This document shows positions 46,501 to 60,100 of a DNA stretch of 64,000 nt, piece by piece. Position 1 is the first letter of the stretch, and every line of letters starts with the position of its first letter. The DNA is taken from NCBI RefSeq assembly GCF_963853765.1, contig NC_088857.1, forward strand, positions 9,610,001 to 9,674,000, read 5' to 3'. The notes under the pieces were generated by a model. That model was not told where the DNA came from. It ran no database searches and worked only from the letters and a program-made list of their open reading frames with translations. The stretch comes from Magallana gigas (Eukaryota). The position numbers were made by a program, and so were the translations under genes.

Positions 46501-49294
46501 GACAGTGTAGATTAAGAGATCACTAAACAGACATCAACATAAAATTATATGAATCGAATTCCTTACAGTTATAACGTCCTAGATTTAAATTCAGAACCTG
46601 CTCATTTTTTTTCTTGGAAAACAAATCTTATCTGAGAAGTGAACAAAAAACTAAAAAATTCAATAAAACTGATTTTCATACTTTTTGAAACAAACTGATA
46701 CGTAAATACACTATCGTACATACCCCAATCAAAAATCAGCGGACCTGTTGATGATTACTCCGCGGTACCTAATTGCCCTTCATTAAAAATCTCTTGAAGC
46801 TTACTGTCTGCTATACTGAGTATTATATACTTTCGAATATGCAGAACTTATGAATATTCATAAGCAACGACACCATATTCCCAGGAATATACACACGTGA
46901 TGTACATGTAATTTCATTTGTTCACTAAAATCCCTTCAGTACTTTTATCTCCCAGAACGGAAACGTGTTAAAATATTGAACAAGAAACGTAAAAACGTAA
47001 AAATAAACAGCATGAAAGTAACGAAAGCTGCCAAATCTAATTAGTGATCCTTGAAATACGATGCCGGTATATACATGTATTTATATTAAACGAATTGATA
47101 GTTATTTTTCAAACCTTATCATAACCATGAAACGATGGTCACACAGGTTTGATACAAAAGTTGGTAAGATATAGTCTTTTGATTCGAGTATTTTTATTTA
47201 GTTTTTGTTTAGTAGTAATAAAATCCTAACTCGTTTTTTTAAGTTCTTAGTATACAGTGTTAAGACAATTATACCAGAACCAAAACATTAATTAAATTTA
47301 AAATGTAATAAAGAAATTACTTATTATAAAGCTATCATATCAAGTACATGTATGCTTTTTAAAATATCTATTTCATGATTTTCTTTAAGCCTATTTACCT
47401 TTGAATTAAACAACTAAAATATTTCGTGAAAAAATAGATATATTAAAAAAGAAAAAAAACCCGAAAAACATTGACTACCGCTTGGTCAAGCTAGCTTAAC
47501 GCTCACTTTGCAACGTACCTCAGAAAGACCCATTGTGTAGCGTTCGTGATAGTTCCTCGGGGGTTTAAACTTTGACTTCTTTGGTTGCTTTCCATTTAAC
47601 TTATACGGCGTTAATTTATACCATTTCATTTAACGGTTATTTCAAGCCAGGCAAGAAAAGCATTTCATCGTGGTCATAAGCGGTTGAAATAGATTTATAA
47701 CTTCCGGTTTGTGGCTTTTATGTTTATTTCCCCCGTTGAACAGCGTCATGGTTTGCTGTACATTTGCTTCGTTGACGTCTAATTTATTGGCAGGGGTGGG
47801 ATGTCCAATGATACTTTTCTTGAAGTCGGCGAACTGCTCTTTCCTGGATTTCATTTCACCAATTGTCCTGCAAAGACATCAATGAAACAGACATCATGAA
47901 GAAATATCGCCTTATAAAATCGGCATTTCGTCGAAAAGACTCAATCAAAGCCATTATATTTCAAGCTCTTAACTTTATACTACTTTATGGTCATAAATGT
48001 TTATTTTAGGCATTGTCCTGATAAGCTTTAACGGTTCCATTTTTTTTTAGCATTTTCTTTTGACTCTCTTGCCCCGAGTTATTTCATATAGTGTTGTGCT
48101 TTTTATATCGATATTGAAAAGTTTTATAATTATATTGTTTTGCTTTGTTGCAAATTTTTATTCTCATGCAACAGAATGTAATATAATTCAACGAGAAGTT
48201 TAATAGCATAGAACGGCTCTGGTTGCTCTTACACTTTAATTAATATTGAAAATTCAACTTCAAAGGATAAACCAATAAGATCTATATGTTCAGGTCACTT
48301 TCACAAATAATTAAATATTTTCCAACTGCCAACGTTTTGGTCAGATTTAGAAACGAATTTGTTCGTGAGAACGCCGTAACCAGTTTCTGATTAGCATAGA
48401 TCAAATGGAGTCAAAAGACCATTGACAAAACAATTGGAATGTCACCGTTTAGTAAGGTACTAATTGTCTTGGAGTGGAACGCACCATACTCCTTCACCTA
48501 TAAATTGTAATTAAGAATAACTCTCCTTTCTCTTATTATCATAGATCACGACATAGAACGTCTTTTCTGGATCTTATAATTGTTTCATTACGTCATAAAC
48601 AATGTCAAATTTGTAAGCGTCCTTCCAACACTGAATGAACAATGGAGGAATTATCTTTAAGACTTGCTGCGTGTTTTCTTGGTTTCTGATTCATTTTAAA
48701 GGGAGTTAATAGGTTCAGAACCACGACAGCCCTCAGAAACTTCTACATATTTAAAGCTGCATTATGCTGCAAATGTGTTAAGCTTGTTTGCTGTTGTGTA
48801 AATGACTTGAATTAATCAACTGATCAATGATGCTGATGATTCAAAATGATTTATACAATTTGTTTTGAAAAAGAATTTTTTTATCATTGATGACAGTGGA
48901 AAGAAAAGCTTGCAATTATCTATGATTAAGACTGTTGAAGAATGATTTGCATATTATACGTCAGAATCGGCATTGCGCATGCCTGTGAGGTGGGCTTTGT
49001 TTATGCTGTTTCTTTCTGCTCTACCATCAGATAATCATTGCTTGTAATCAGTTAGTCAGACAGTGGCGATGTCTAACTCTTAAAGATCAATTCGCACTTG
49101 ATAAAAATTTGTAAAACCATAAAAATACATTACATTTTGCAATGTAAAGGTAAATACTTTTTTCAATGACCTTTTTTATAGATACTTGCACCATATACAA
49201 AGGAAAAATACGAAAGAAAGAATAAGATACTTGTAAAGGTAATTAACGAACAGCAACAGATTCATTTTCAACAAGATTTTAAGAAATTCTTTCA

Positions 49295-49797
49295 AGGACC
49301 TAGACACGATCTGAGTTCAAATCCAAAATTTCTTCTTTTTTTAATTTATAATGTCTAGAGTGGTCAATATGGATGTTTTAATGCTTATCAAAATGTGAGG
49401 TCAAATATCGATTTACAAGCAAGTTACAGAAGATAGAATTCTTCGTTTTGAAAACAAAGCTCGGGTCCTGGTCTTGTTAACGTAAGTGTTGTGTTGGAAT
49501 AAGTTTCAATCTAATGTTGTTTTAAGTTGCTGATAAAATTATTTATGAACACATTGAATCATTTTATCTTGATTCCAAAAGTTATGAAAAGATAATTTCT
49601 TTACTTTCCATCATTTGTAAACAAATGTAAGACTCGAGCTTTGTTTACGGTACAACGATTTCTTTCCGCTGTATTTCGCTTGTAACATGACTTATAACAC
49701 TAAAGGTTTGGTGAATCATTCAAAATGCACATGTAAACTATTTTATTTATAAAAATTAAATATAAAATTTTTTATCTGAAATTGTTTATAGGTTCCT
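49295..49797. mobile_element. Old Kolobok-like MITE related to 17431-17922
   Basis: Degenerate TIR aggacctagacacgat... / ...ataggttcct; ttca on the left and ttaa on the right; shares the internal gtaaacaa...ttgtttac motif. Confidence 0.4.
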
Positions 49798-50399
49798 TTA
49801 AACTATGTTAAGTAATTTAGAAATTATTTTATTAGATTTTCTATCATCAGTACGATAATGATTTAGATTTTCTAAGACTTTAAATTCAAGTCACACAAAC
49901 ACAGTAATACGTAAAATAATTCAAACAGGGGGTGTAAATTACAGCAGAAAAAAAATGTTAACATATGTGCAGTAAAACCGAGCAGCCAGCCAATTGAGCA
50001 GTAAGATCCGTAGGCACCATCGACAGGTAGGAAGGTAACTCCCCTGGAATCTCCTAACTGGAATAGCCATAGCAACATCCGTGGAGAAATTTCAGGTCTT
50101 GGCAGACTTGCTAGGCAGGCTACCAGCAGACCATAAAGCCCTGTGCCAATTCCAGATGGCTAGCCTATGTTTTTAAAGAAGAAAAAAAGTTATTTGTATG
50201 GTAATATGGAAAAGACCCGATTAATTTAAGAAATTAATGACATCACGTGAAATCGCCCAGAAAAACGACATAATGATATGATATGTACTTTGTTGTTACT
50301 TTGTTAATTTTCTTTAAAATGTGTTATTCAGAGACATTGATATATCTGCAGACGCCAGTTGGTATAAGTCTAGAGTTCTGCTGGTACGTGTATCACGAA

Positions 50400-50630
50400 C
50401 ATCGTTTATCCTTTCCTATCGTGTATCAATCCTTTCTTACCGTGCGTGTATACTGTTCTATCGTGTATCAAACCTTTCCTATCGTGCGTGTATACTGTCC
50501 TATCGTGTATCAATCTTTACCCATCGTGCGTGTATACTGTTCAATCGTGCGTTAATACTATCCTATCGTTCGTGTATACTGTTCTATTGTGCCTTAATCC
50601 TATCCTATTGTTTGTGAATCCTATCCTATC
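50400..50630. repeat. Degenerate ~20-bp tandem repeat (tcctatcgtgcgtgtatactg-like)
   Basis: Recurring cctatcgt / cgtgtatac motifs; explains ORFs 50283-50649. Confidence 0.75.
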
Positions 50631-51474
50631 ATTTATCTTGCTAAAATAACGTTGTGGGTACTGTAGTACTAGTATTATACAAATGCATATTCCCTCAATA
50701 TAGTCCGTTCTCCATGATGGTATGCTCAGTAAACTGCTGGGTTTTCAGTACAGGGTCATACAGCAACTTACTCTGGACCGAATGTTATTAATCAACTGAT
50801 GTATTGTTGTGAGTTGAACTGGGTTTTTTAATTAAACGATGTAATTCAACATCTGTATTACATTTAGTTTTATGCAAAATTTAGATTTCGTTAATTGGTT
50901 ATTTTTTTGCACGGTTTCCGATAACATTAGATGAATTCTTGTTTTAAGCTGGGTTTCAAATGCAATAAATAAGATTTCCATGATGTTTTTCATTATTATT
51001 TAATTAACTCGTGATAAGAAGAAAGACGTTCTTTGAAATGTTAAAAAAAACCTTAGGATTAAAAAAACATAATTGTATAAACTTTTTTTTTTAAACCAGA
51101 TAAGGCATGACTTTAGCGTTATATTTTCTGTCAACAAAAATACAAATAAAAAAGCATAAAAAGTAAAAAGAAAGAAACTTAATTTTCAGTGTAACTTTAT
51201 GAAGACTAAAACTGCAAAAATAAATCCAAAACACCAAAACAAAACATACCTAAAACAAAAACTCCCAAAAGTACTCGTGTTTTTACTGTTATTATTCTGA
51301 AAAACATGATTTAGCTTTCGTCTCAAATCATCAAGTTCTTACAAATCTGAATCATGGTAAGCAGTGTGGAGTAGAAGGTGCTTCATCTCCAGAACTGAGG
51401 TGTCATTTGCTGTAACTTTTTGAATTCAAAATATATCAAGAATACTATATCATACAACAAGAGACGTAGAAGAG

Positions 51475-51562
51475 ACAATCTGATTAAAATAAGATCTTTG
51501 ATCCGCTCCGATAACATCGAATTTGTAGGAGCAGATCAAAGATCTTATTATAATCAGATTGT
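51475..51562. repeat. 88-bp hairpin (35-bp arms, 2 mismatches, 18-nt loop)
   Basis: acaatctgattaaaataagatctttgatccgctcc / ggagcagatcaaagatcttattataatcagattgt. Confidence 0.85.
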
Positions 51563-52700
51563 ACAAGAGATGACATAACAACGGCGATAGGTGCGGCTCT
51601 GAGAAATGTACATCAAGTCTCGTTTCCAGTTTGCTAAAATTCAGGGAATGGTCTAATGGTCCGTTATAATAAGCATTGCCACGTGTCCATGGATAAGTTA
51701 TTCAATAAACTTCCTTTAAACCCAAACAATAATATTTTTCATTAAGAAATAACAAAATTAAGTCAACAAGCTCTTTTTATAAACGTTTTTCGAATGAAAA
51801 CAAGTATTGTTTACGGTAGATCTGATAAATTTTAATTTTTAAAAAAGTTATTCCCACACTCATCCACTGTCCATAAACATAAAGTGTCTCTAATTAACCC
51901 GAGACACAGTAGCCATGGAACACGGCCTCTGATTTGGGAAAGTCTCTGACGTGGGATAACTTACTTCCAGGAAATCGAAACAGACCGTTATGGACAATTA
52001 TGAGGCGACATTACCGAGGGGAAAAGTACGGGTTATTGTCCCTACCCGTAAGTTATGGCCTCGTTTATATGCTTAATAAGAATCGCTCTTGGCTGTTGTT
52101 GCCATTGTTGTTCCTCCAAAGTCATACAGTTCAGCGGTATACATGTCTCTCAATTATACATCGGAGTACAGAGATGGTTCTATCAGCCGGCGGTGGTTAA
52201 TGATCAACGAGGCATTGTCTTTAAATTCACTGAAATGACACTGGCATCATTTTTCAATAACAGTCTTAATGGACCCGGGGTCTCTTTGTGGGGAAATTGA
52301 AGTAGTTGGTGCATAAAGATATTCTCCGTAGGCTGTTAGCTAATGTGAAAGGATTAGGGATGCGCGAGCGTAGGCTGTCAAAGTATTTCGGATTTAACCA
52401 GCGGTTGCTCACACCTTTTGTCTCTATACACTACTCGATCCCATACTGTCCTAGCATAAAGTCACGAGCTCTTAGATCGTGCAAGCTTTACAATATTCAT
52501 TTTTTTTCTTCATGTAAATGTGTTCTAAAATATTGACTAAACGACCACTGTATCTTTGCAAAAAGAAATTCAATATGTCATCAGTGATTCAACTCTGAAA
52601 GGGACCATCTCCCATAGGACGGAATGTAGACTTTAGATATTCAAGAACTACTACACTTTTTATAATTTTGTTTGATTTTATTCACATATTTCTTCTTTAA

Positions 52701-52703
<3 letters not shown>

Positions 52704-52766
<63 letters not shown>
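52704..52766. repeat. (AT)n microsatellite
   Basis: Direct reading. Confidence 0.95.
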
Positions 52767-52767
<1 letters not shown>

Positions 52768-54627
52768 CTAAGTGATATACTCCTAAATTCGTCTCGGTAT
52801 TTAATGTACAGTCTGTTATTTGAGTCAAACCAGGGTGATCGTCTGACCAATAACGGGTTTCAGGGGGAGGGATTACAAATTCTACACAACGATTAGAATA
52901 TTTGAAGAAAATATACGTTGTGATTCTCAAAGGGTACAATTTTATTCTTTTTTTTTTAACCTTGCTAGCATTTCGGGAAATGTTGATACAATTTGTAAAA
53001 ACTGTTACCATGGCCCCAATGATGGGGTCTAACGGGGTTTGGATCGCATGTGTTTCCGCTGGAATATATAGCCTAAAGAAAACAATATAATAAGAAAAAC
53101 AAATCTGTTGAGGAGCATTGAGGTTTCCCAAAGGAAATAAATCAAAATTGAAATCATTTTTATGAAAAAAGGCGTTGGTATTTAAGAAAGAGAATCTTGA
53201 GAACAATTACTCACATGAGCGAAGTGGTCCACGGGCCTACTAGTACATGTATTGTTATATATAGTAAATTTTCATGTTTGCTTAATTGTTAAACGTCTTT
53301 TCGACTGGTTACCACCCACTCTTTCCACTTAATTTTTAATAAGTGTCAAACTCTGGATCGAGCTAAAATGAGAAAAAAATACATCGCTTGAAATGTTTAC
53401 TAGTGTCCGCCATTTAGCTATTGTTTATTTTACTTTTCTGGTAATTATATATGTAGGTCAATATTTGGTGGGGTAGACTTAATGTCTTTCCTAAGACATC
53501 CGATTTTTTAAATAATAATTCCGTGAGTTGTAACTCTTGGATACCTAGACCGTAAGAGGACTTGATGGGTGTGGCCATATTTAACTGTATTAATCTCCAT
53601 GAGAAAAACTGTTTTGTGTATGAAAAAATAATTTTTACAGCAGAAATATTGGGATTTTTATTACTAAATGATAGTTGGTAGCCAAATAAATTTAAGATAG
53701 ACTTGATGGCTATTTTTTCATCCAACAAGCACTCTAAAGTTATGTAAAAATAATGGTAAAATTAACAAAATTATACAATTATTGATTTTATTAATACAGT
53801 GGCATCAATACAAATATTGTTATTGTAAGGGTTTTCATAAAAAAAAGCTTGGCATTCTTTTAGTATAAAACAACATTATTATTGGTTTTCAGATACAATT
53901 TGAAACAAACGGTCCATGGGCCACACTGCCCACCTGAACAGTGGTAAAGATTGATCCATGGAGAAGGCAAATTTTACTAATAGTTTAATATACTTAGGTG
54001 CCCTTTTCATCCCTTTAAGTTATTTGTTTTTAAAATGTACAAAATATTAATTTACAAAAAAAGATATCTTCGTACTTGTCATCTTCATGATCGCATTAAA
54101 AATTGGCGGACATCGACTAACACAGCTTCTATAGACTCCGGACTGCCGGGAAGGCTCGATCCTAGACTCTTCACCTCAGACAAGCTAAAACAGGTATAAA
54201 CCGTCTCTATGACATGCATAGGCCATGGTTTGAATAAAGTAAAATTATTCCATACTTCTTCCAAGTCGATTTTTCTAAACAATAATCTTATACTCGTCAG
54301 AAGATATTCCCCATCGTGGCGCATCTGTGAACCACAGTGGTAAATCATGGTTTACAACTTAAATTAATTCTTCATATTAGTTTGCTTCTTTATGAATTTC
54401 ATAAATCAAAGTTACTTTTATGTTAAAATTCCGCTATTAATTCATTATATTTCTGTGACATAATGGACCAAATCCCACGCCACTTTGTTAATTGTTTAGC
54501 TCTTTCTCATTTGTGGTACTAGTACTAAACTCATATGAATGAATCTCTTTAGTTTTAAGTTAAATCATAATCAGTACTATTTTTTTAGAAGAATTGTTAA
54601 ATTGCTTAATTAAACTTGACAGGGATT

Positions 54628-54939
54628 TTAGCTCACAATTGTTGAAATATGAACAAGAACAACTCTAAGAGTTTTTGAGACAGTGAATCTATTTTTTGTC
54701 GACTGTTTTTGGATTGTGTCAGTCAGATCTTTAAATACTGATTGGATTGCAGCTTGAATAGTAGGGGCTATTGCATTAGCAAGAACTGGAACCAGCTGGG
54801 TCATAAAGTTTTGATTTTGTATTGCATTGAAAATTAGATCTGGTAGGCTGTATGTTTTACCATGGGTCTCGATTAAGGGGAGCTGCTGGGTTCCAGGAAA
54901 ATCAGTAGAGCTACAGAGGTCAGAACTGGGCTGGGCCAT
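54628..54939 (-). mobile_element. Possible degenerate retroelement ORF1/gag-like coiled-coil fragment
   Basis: 103-aa ORF with an amphipathic stretch (VLANAIAPTIQAAIQSVFKDLTDTIQKQ) and no splice context; resemblance only. Confidence 0.25.
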
Positions 54940-55144
54940 ATATTCAGAGTCGTGAAATCGTCAGTTTTACTGCAATAACTGCTCTTATTTATTTCCGGCA
55001 GTGATGATGAAAGCACTCTGCGTCTACAGGTTTTTTGTGATATTCTCTAATGGACTTCTTTGTTATATCAATACCAGTTGGCGTCTGATGGTGGTAACGT
55101 CGACGATAACGTTAGGAGATTAGTTAAAAACATCTTCAAATTAA

Positions 55145-55382
55145 GGTGGTATGGGGCATCTGTCGATATTAATGTCAAATAAAGTACATTAAATTTGAAT
55201 TATTTTCACCGGTTTAGAATTTTCAAATTTTACATTATTTTACCAAAAAATAGATTTTAAAAATATTTGGAGAGGTAAAAATTGTGAACCCCCGGTGGGA
55301 TTCGAACTCAATATTGGGAAAGAAACTACTTACATGTATATAATTACATTTATTTTATTGTTTTTTTTCGATAAACAATACG
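55145..55382. mobile_element. Second copy of the tRNA-box-containing TTAA MITE (opposite orientation, cut by the gap)
   Basis: TTAA then ggtggtatggggcatctgtcgatatt, matching the reverse complement of 7000-7118; minus-strand B box gggattcgaactc at 55298-55310. Confidence 0.7.
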
Positions 55383-55514
55383 NNNNNNNNNNNNNNNNNN
55401 NNNNNNNNNNNNNNNNNNNNNNNNNNNNNNNNNNNNNNNNNNNNNNNNNNNNNNNNNNNNNNNNNNNNNNNNNNNNNNNNNNNNNNNNNNNNNNNNNNNN
55501 NNNNNNNNNNNNNN
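55383..55514. other. Assembly gap (132 N)
   Basis: Run of n. Confidence 1.
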
Positions 55515-55886
55515 AAGTAAATGTTATTCTTTGAGAATTAGTCCATAGATATTATCTCTTCAACCGCGGGAAACTAGTCCATGACATAAAAAACCTTATT
55601 TCAATATCACTGGAGTAGAGCATTCCTATAACTTGAAAAAAGACACCTACCCCCACCCCAAACCCCCCCCCCCCCCAAAAAAATAATAATATTATTAAAT
55701 GATAACATTTTTGGAAAAAAAAGAAGAAGAAGAAACCTACAAGTTAAAGAACAAAAAAAAAAACAAAACATATATGCCATTTTGTGCGTAACATATTTCT
55801 TTTTTGATCAACATAATATGAATCCCGTGTATTGACTTTAATCCGAAACATAATACGTACAATCAATTCATTCTTCAAAAGTGAAA

Positions 55887-56536
55887 GGTGGCAGGGGATA
55901 GTTTCGAAGGAAAGACCCGTCAAAATTTTGAAATAAAGGGAGAACCTGAGGTTTGGCTGGTTATTTGAGGTGTATAAATTGCTAGAATATTTATTGCATT
56001 CATTTTGTGGATAGAGGAGCTCATGCCAATTTCATTGATATATGACACTTTAATACTGGTAGCACTTTTCATCAGATATGGAATGAAAATGCGAAACTGT
56101 GGCCAAAATTTTCACTTTCGGTTTTGTGCTTGAAAAGTAGGGTGGGTTCAGAACACGAAATGTCACTCGAAAAGAAGGTGATTGACCCCCCATTAATTGG
56201 TGATTATTTGCATGGGTATACATTAAGGTACCAATCCTATGGTAGTTTATGGCAGTTGCTCGGGACTGGAGCGTGGTGCTGGACCCGTGAAAATGTGAAA
56301 AAAGGGCAATTTTTCAGAAAATTTTGAGACCGTCCCTGGCCATTCTATATAATGCTATATGTAAGTTGTACTTGTTTTATTCTGAAATGCTTAAAAATTC
56401 TCAAGAGTCTGGACCATGTGTCCCCTGCGTGCAAACCAATTTTAGCAAATTTAAAAATCCACTGAAAAATTAGATCACATATATGAGCACTATCTGCCTC
56501 ACATTTCCTCGACCAAAAAAACTATCCCCTGCCACC
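55887..56536. mobile_element. 650-bp MITE with 18-bp TIR and 3-bp flanks (PIF/Harbinger-like)
   Basis: ggtggcaggggatagttt / aaactatcccctgccacc; AAA on both sides. Confidence 0.6.
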
Positions 56537-57158
56537 AAAGTAGAAATTGGTTTTCCAGCAACATCAAACTCAAAGTTTGCATTGGGAATGTTTTAGAGTT
56601 CAGTGTAGGTGATGCCAGTTGCTATCCACTGTTTTAAGGTCGTTTTATTTAATCATGAAAAGGGGTGCCGAAATTAGAGAAAAATGGATGCATTAATTTG
56701 TTACCCATGCAGTAAGACCCCCCCCCCCCCGTTAACGGTTTGTAAGAAATAGATTTTGAACATTAACTTTACCTGATATTACGCAACGTCGAATGTCAAT
56801 TACTAACCTCAGTTGTAGATGTAGAATAAACCACAAGCTCTGTTGGTACAGTGTATATACCCCTATTATTCATAATGGCAAGGTGGTGGCTTAGAACAGA
56901 GAACATTTCAGAATAGAAATACAGTTGTTGCCAAGACCTGAAGAAGCAATATTTTTTTAAAGAAATAATAATTTTAAAATTACTGTTTGTTACTTTGTTG
57001 CATAGATCAAGAGCTTATGTTTCTTTAGGACCATGTCATACATGTACTTTGACTTTTAGGTGTTCTGCGAAAACATGGTAAATAGTTTGAAAACTACATG
57101 TTGTCATGACTTGTAAATGATATGTTTAAAAAATGTGTTATTTTCTGTTTTCCATCAG

Positions 57159-60100
57159 ATAATGTTTATGTGCAGTGTTTGTAACGTCTCGCTGAACTCC
57201 CACGGTCAGCTGGCCCAGCACCAGACAGGAAGCAAGCACCTGAAGAAGCTGAAGGCCGCCGGTCTACCCACTGCTACAGTCACCAGTAGGCAACCACGAA
57301 TTATTTTTAACTAGGAGCTGGGAATAAAATTAAAAAGAAAAAATACTCAAAATAAATAAATGCATGAGAAAATTCAATTTTAAATGCCGAAATTTTTTAG
57401 ATAAAATGTGGAAAGCAAGGATATTTTAGATATGACTCTTTGCACGGTAAACAGTTTAACTAAGAAAGGGAAATATCTTTTTAAAAATTATGAACTTTCA
57501 TTAGAAATCTCAGTTATTTTCATTTTCAATGAAATTGTATTTAATTTTTGTTCTTACATGGCAGATACTGTTGGTGCATTGGCAACTAATCCTGGAGAAA
57601 AACGGACCTATGGAAACTTTGTGGCTTCCGATACTTTGATGCCCCTGAAAGCACAGTTAATAACTCCTCCATTAAAGTCAATGCCCAATGACAACACTTC
57701 AACCTCCACAGATTCTGACCCTCCCCCACCACCCCCTCCTCCTCCTCCTAAAGATACCAAATTTCAAACTGCTTCCACCGTCACTACAACAGAGACCCCA
57801 CCCCCACCCCCTCCCCCTCCCACTGTTACACCGACAGGCCCCACAGGGCAAAAACAGAGACCCCCCATTGTACATCAGATAGGCACCGTAGGACGACCCA
57901 TAGGAAAACAACAGAGCCAAATAGTACGACAACAGGCAGCTACAGTGCAACAACCGAGTTCAACAGGACAACAACAGGCTTCCACAGTGAATCAACAACC
58001 AGGGCCCCCAGGGGTTAACCCTGTTGTGCAGGCTATTGTAGACAATGCTTTAGGTGGGTGTCTGTTTTATCTTTTGGCATAATTATCTACCCTTATTAGT
58101 TGGTCAAGAGAAGTATGTGCTATGCATGGAAGATTTGAAAAACATACCAAAATGTATGAACAGTTGGTAGTTATTTTTGATAAAAGTAGGATAATGTAAA
58201 CCAACTTTTATTCTCATGTGAGATGTGAGAATTTGGATAGCTGAAGCCTTGTTCTTGAGAATGATTCTCACAATGAACCAGCCCTTTATAATGTTACACA
58301 TTTTCACCATAGACTGTGGTGGTGAAATCTAGTGGCAACTAACATTTTTATCAGTGGTAAAATGCAAAATAATTTCATTGCTAATAAAAAAGTTGCTTTA
58401 CTATGAATTAACATGCACCAGCCAAATTCAAGGTTTAGGTGGACCAAACCATTGGGCCCACAAAAATTTTGTTCATTAATTTTTAAATTTTAAGACTGAA
58501 CATTTCAAAATTTGCATTTACTTAGAGAGAAAAATATTGAAAATCACAGCTTATATTGATACCAATTGATATGGTAGTGTTAAAATCCAGGGTAATTTAC
58601 CTGTGTGAGAGGAATTAGATTTGTCTTCTGTAACATCTGGTGCATTTACTCCATTCATGCATGCACAATGCAGTTTGCAGGTTTTTATTACCAGTATATA
58701 TTTATTTCTAAAAGAAACCTGAGCTTGCAAATTGTATGTAAAAAACTTTATTGTGATTTTAAATCACTTTCAAATATTAAAGTTGTCAAGTTTTTTTCAA
58801 ACGTTGAAAAATGATCTTATGTATATTGGTACATTCATTTTGAGCAAACAATCAAATTACCAACCATCATAAACAATTGGTTTGTTTATTTTTTCCAGAT
58901 ACTCCTAGAAAATATTTGTCTGAACCCCTAAATTTAAGGTACGGAGTCCTGAAAGAGACAAATTGTTACAGAAGGATTTTAAGATCAGCATGTGGATTTC
59001 TTAAACTGCATGGTGATCCCAAAATCCTTCTGCTAGATACTCTATGTAGCCTCATTTGACATGTTGTGAAAAATAAAAATTGGATGGTTTTAATTGCAAT
59101 TTATCTGAAAATGAACTACATGTAAAATGCATGTATATTTGAAAGTTAATTTTCAGAAATATATTGTACCAGAAATAATTTTCTTGGTGTAGAAATTATC
59201 CATTCTTTTCATTTTGACCCAGGTATACAAAGAATCAATTCACTCAGTAAATGTCAATTATTCAGTCAAGAGGCCTGACATTTTATTTAAGTTACAAGCT
59301 AATGACATGATCTGGATTAAAAGGGATAGATATACACTATTATGGCATACATTTTACCAATATATCCTGTCTATTTTGAACAATGATGTAAATGGGACTG
59401 CATAGATCAATTGACTTCAGTTTGACCTCAAAAGGACTCCAAGCATTTGAGCAGCAAACTGTGTAATGCAACACTGAATACATCCTTGTGGGTTGCTGAA
59501 CAGTATAATTGCTCAAATGTCAATGTTACACATAGAATCTATTGTGTTTATGTTGTCAGTAATACATGCAGCTGCTTCATTGAGTAAATATGTATAGAAT
59601 AGTACAACATGCTTTGACTTCTGATGTGATTCAGGCAAACTTCCGCTGAAGAGAAAGGCGTATGACGGACAGTGTGAGATTTGTAAGGTGAGTTACACGT
59701 CTGAGAGCCATGAGAGACAACACCTGATGGGAAGTAAGCACGCCAAGAAGGCCAAGATAGCAGCAGCAGCTGAAGGTAAGGTTCATGGCAGGAATACACA
59801 CAAGTCTAGTTTAATATATACAGGCTAATTTACATATAATATATACATAATATTTACATATAACAAGTCTGTTCTACTGTGGAATCAATTTTATTTGTGG
59901 TGGATCTATTGTCTCAAGCCACGGGTTTTGTGTCCATTCTATTTCCACAAACCAAGTTTGTGGAAATAGAATGGACACAAAACCCGTGGCTTGAGACGAT
60001 GTGATGGCTCAATTTTTGTGGATTTCATAGGTAGCCAATTCCAACATCCTTTAAAATTATGAAAAACACTGTCAGTATTATTCATTTTTCACAGAAGCAA

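Noticed and set aside
50332-50630. Possible fourth donor-anchored array (ctg|gtacgt followed by degenerate repeats)
   Set aside because: The upstream exon is unsupported and the units do not clearly contain exon sequence.
54085-54348. 87-aa minus-strand ORF
   Set aside because: No domain recognised; probably a TE remnant or chance.
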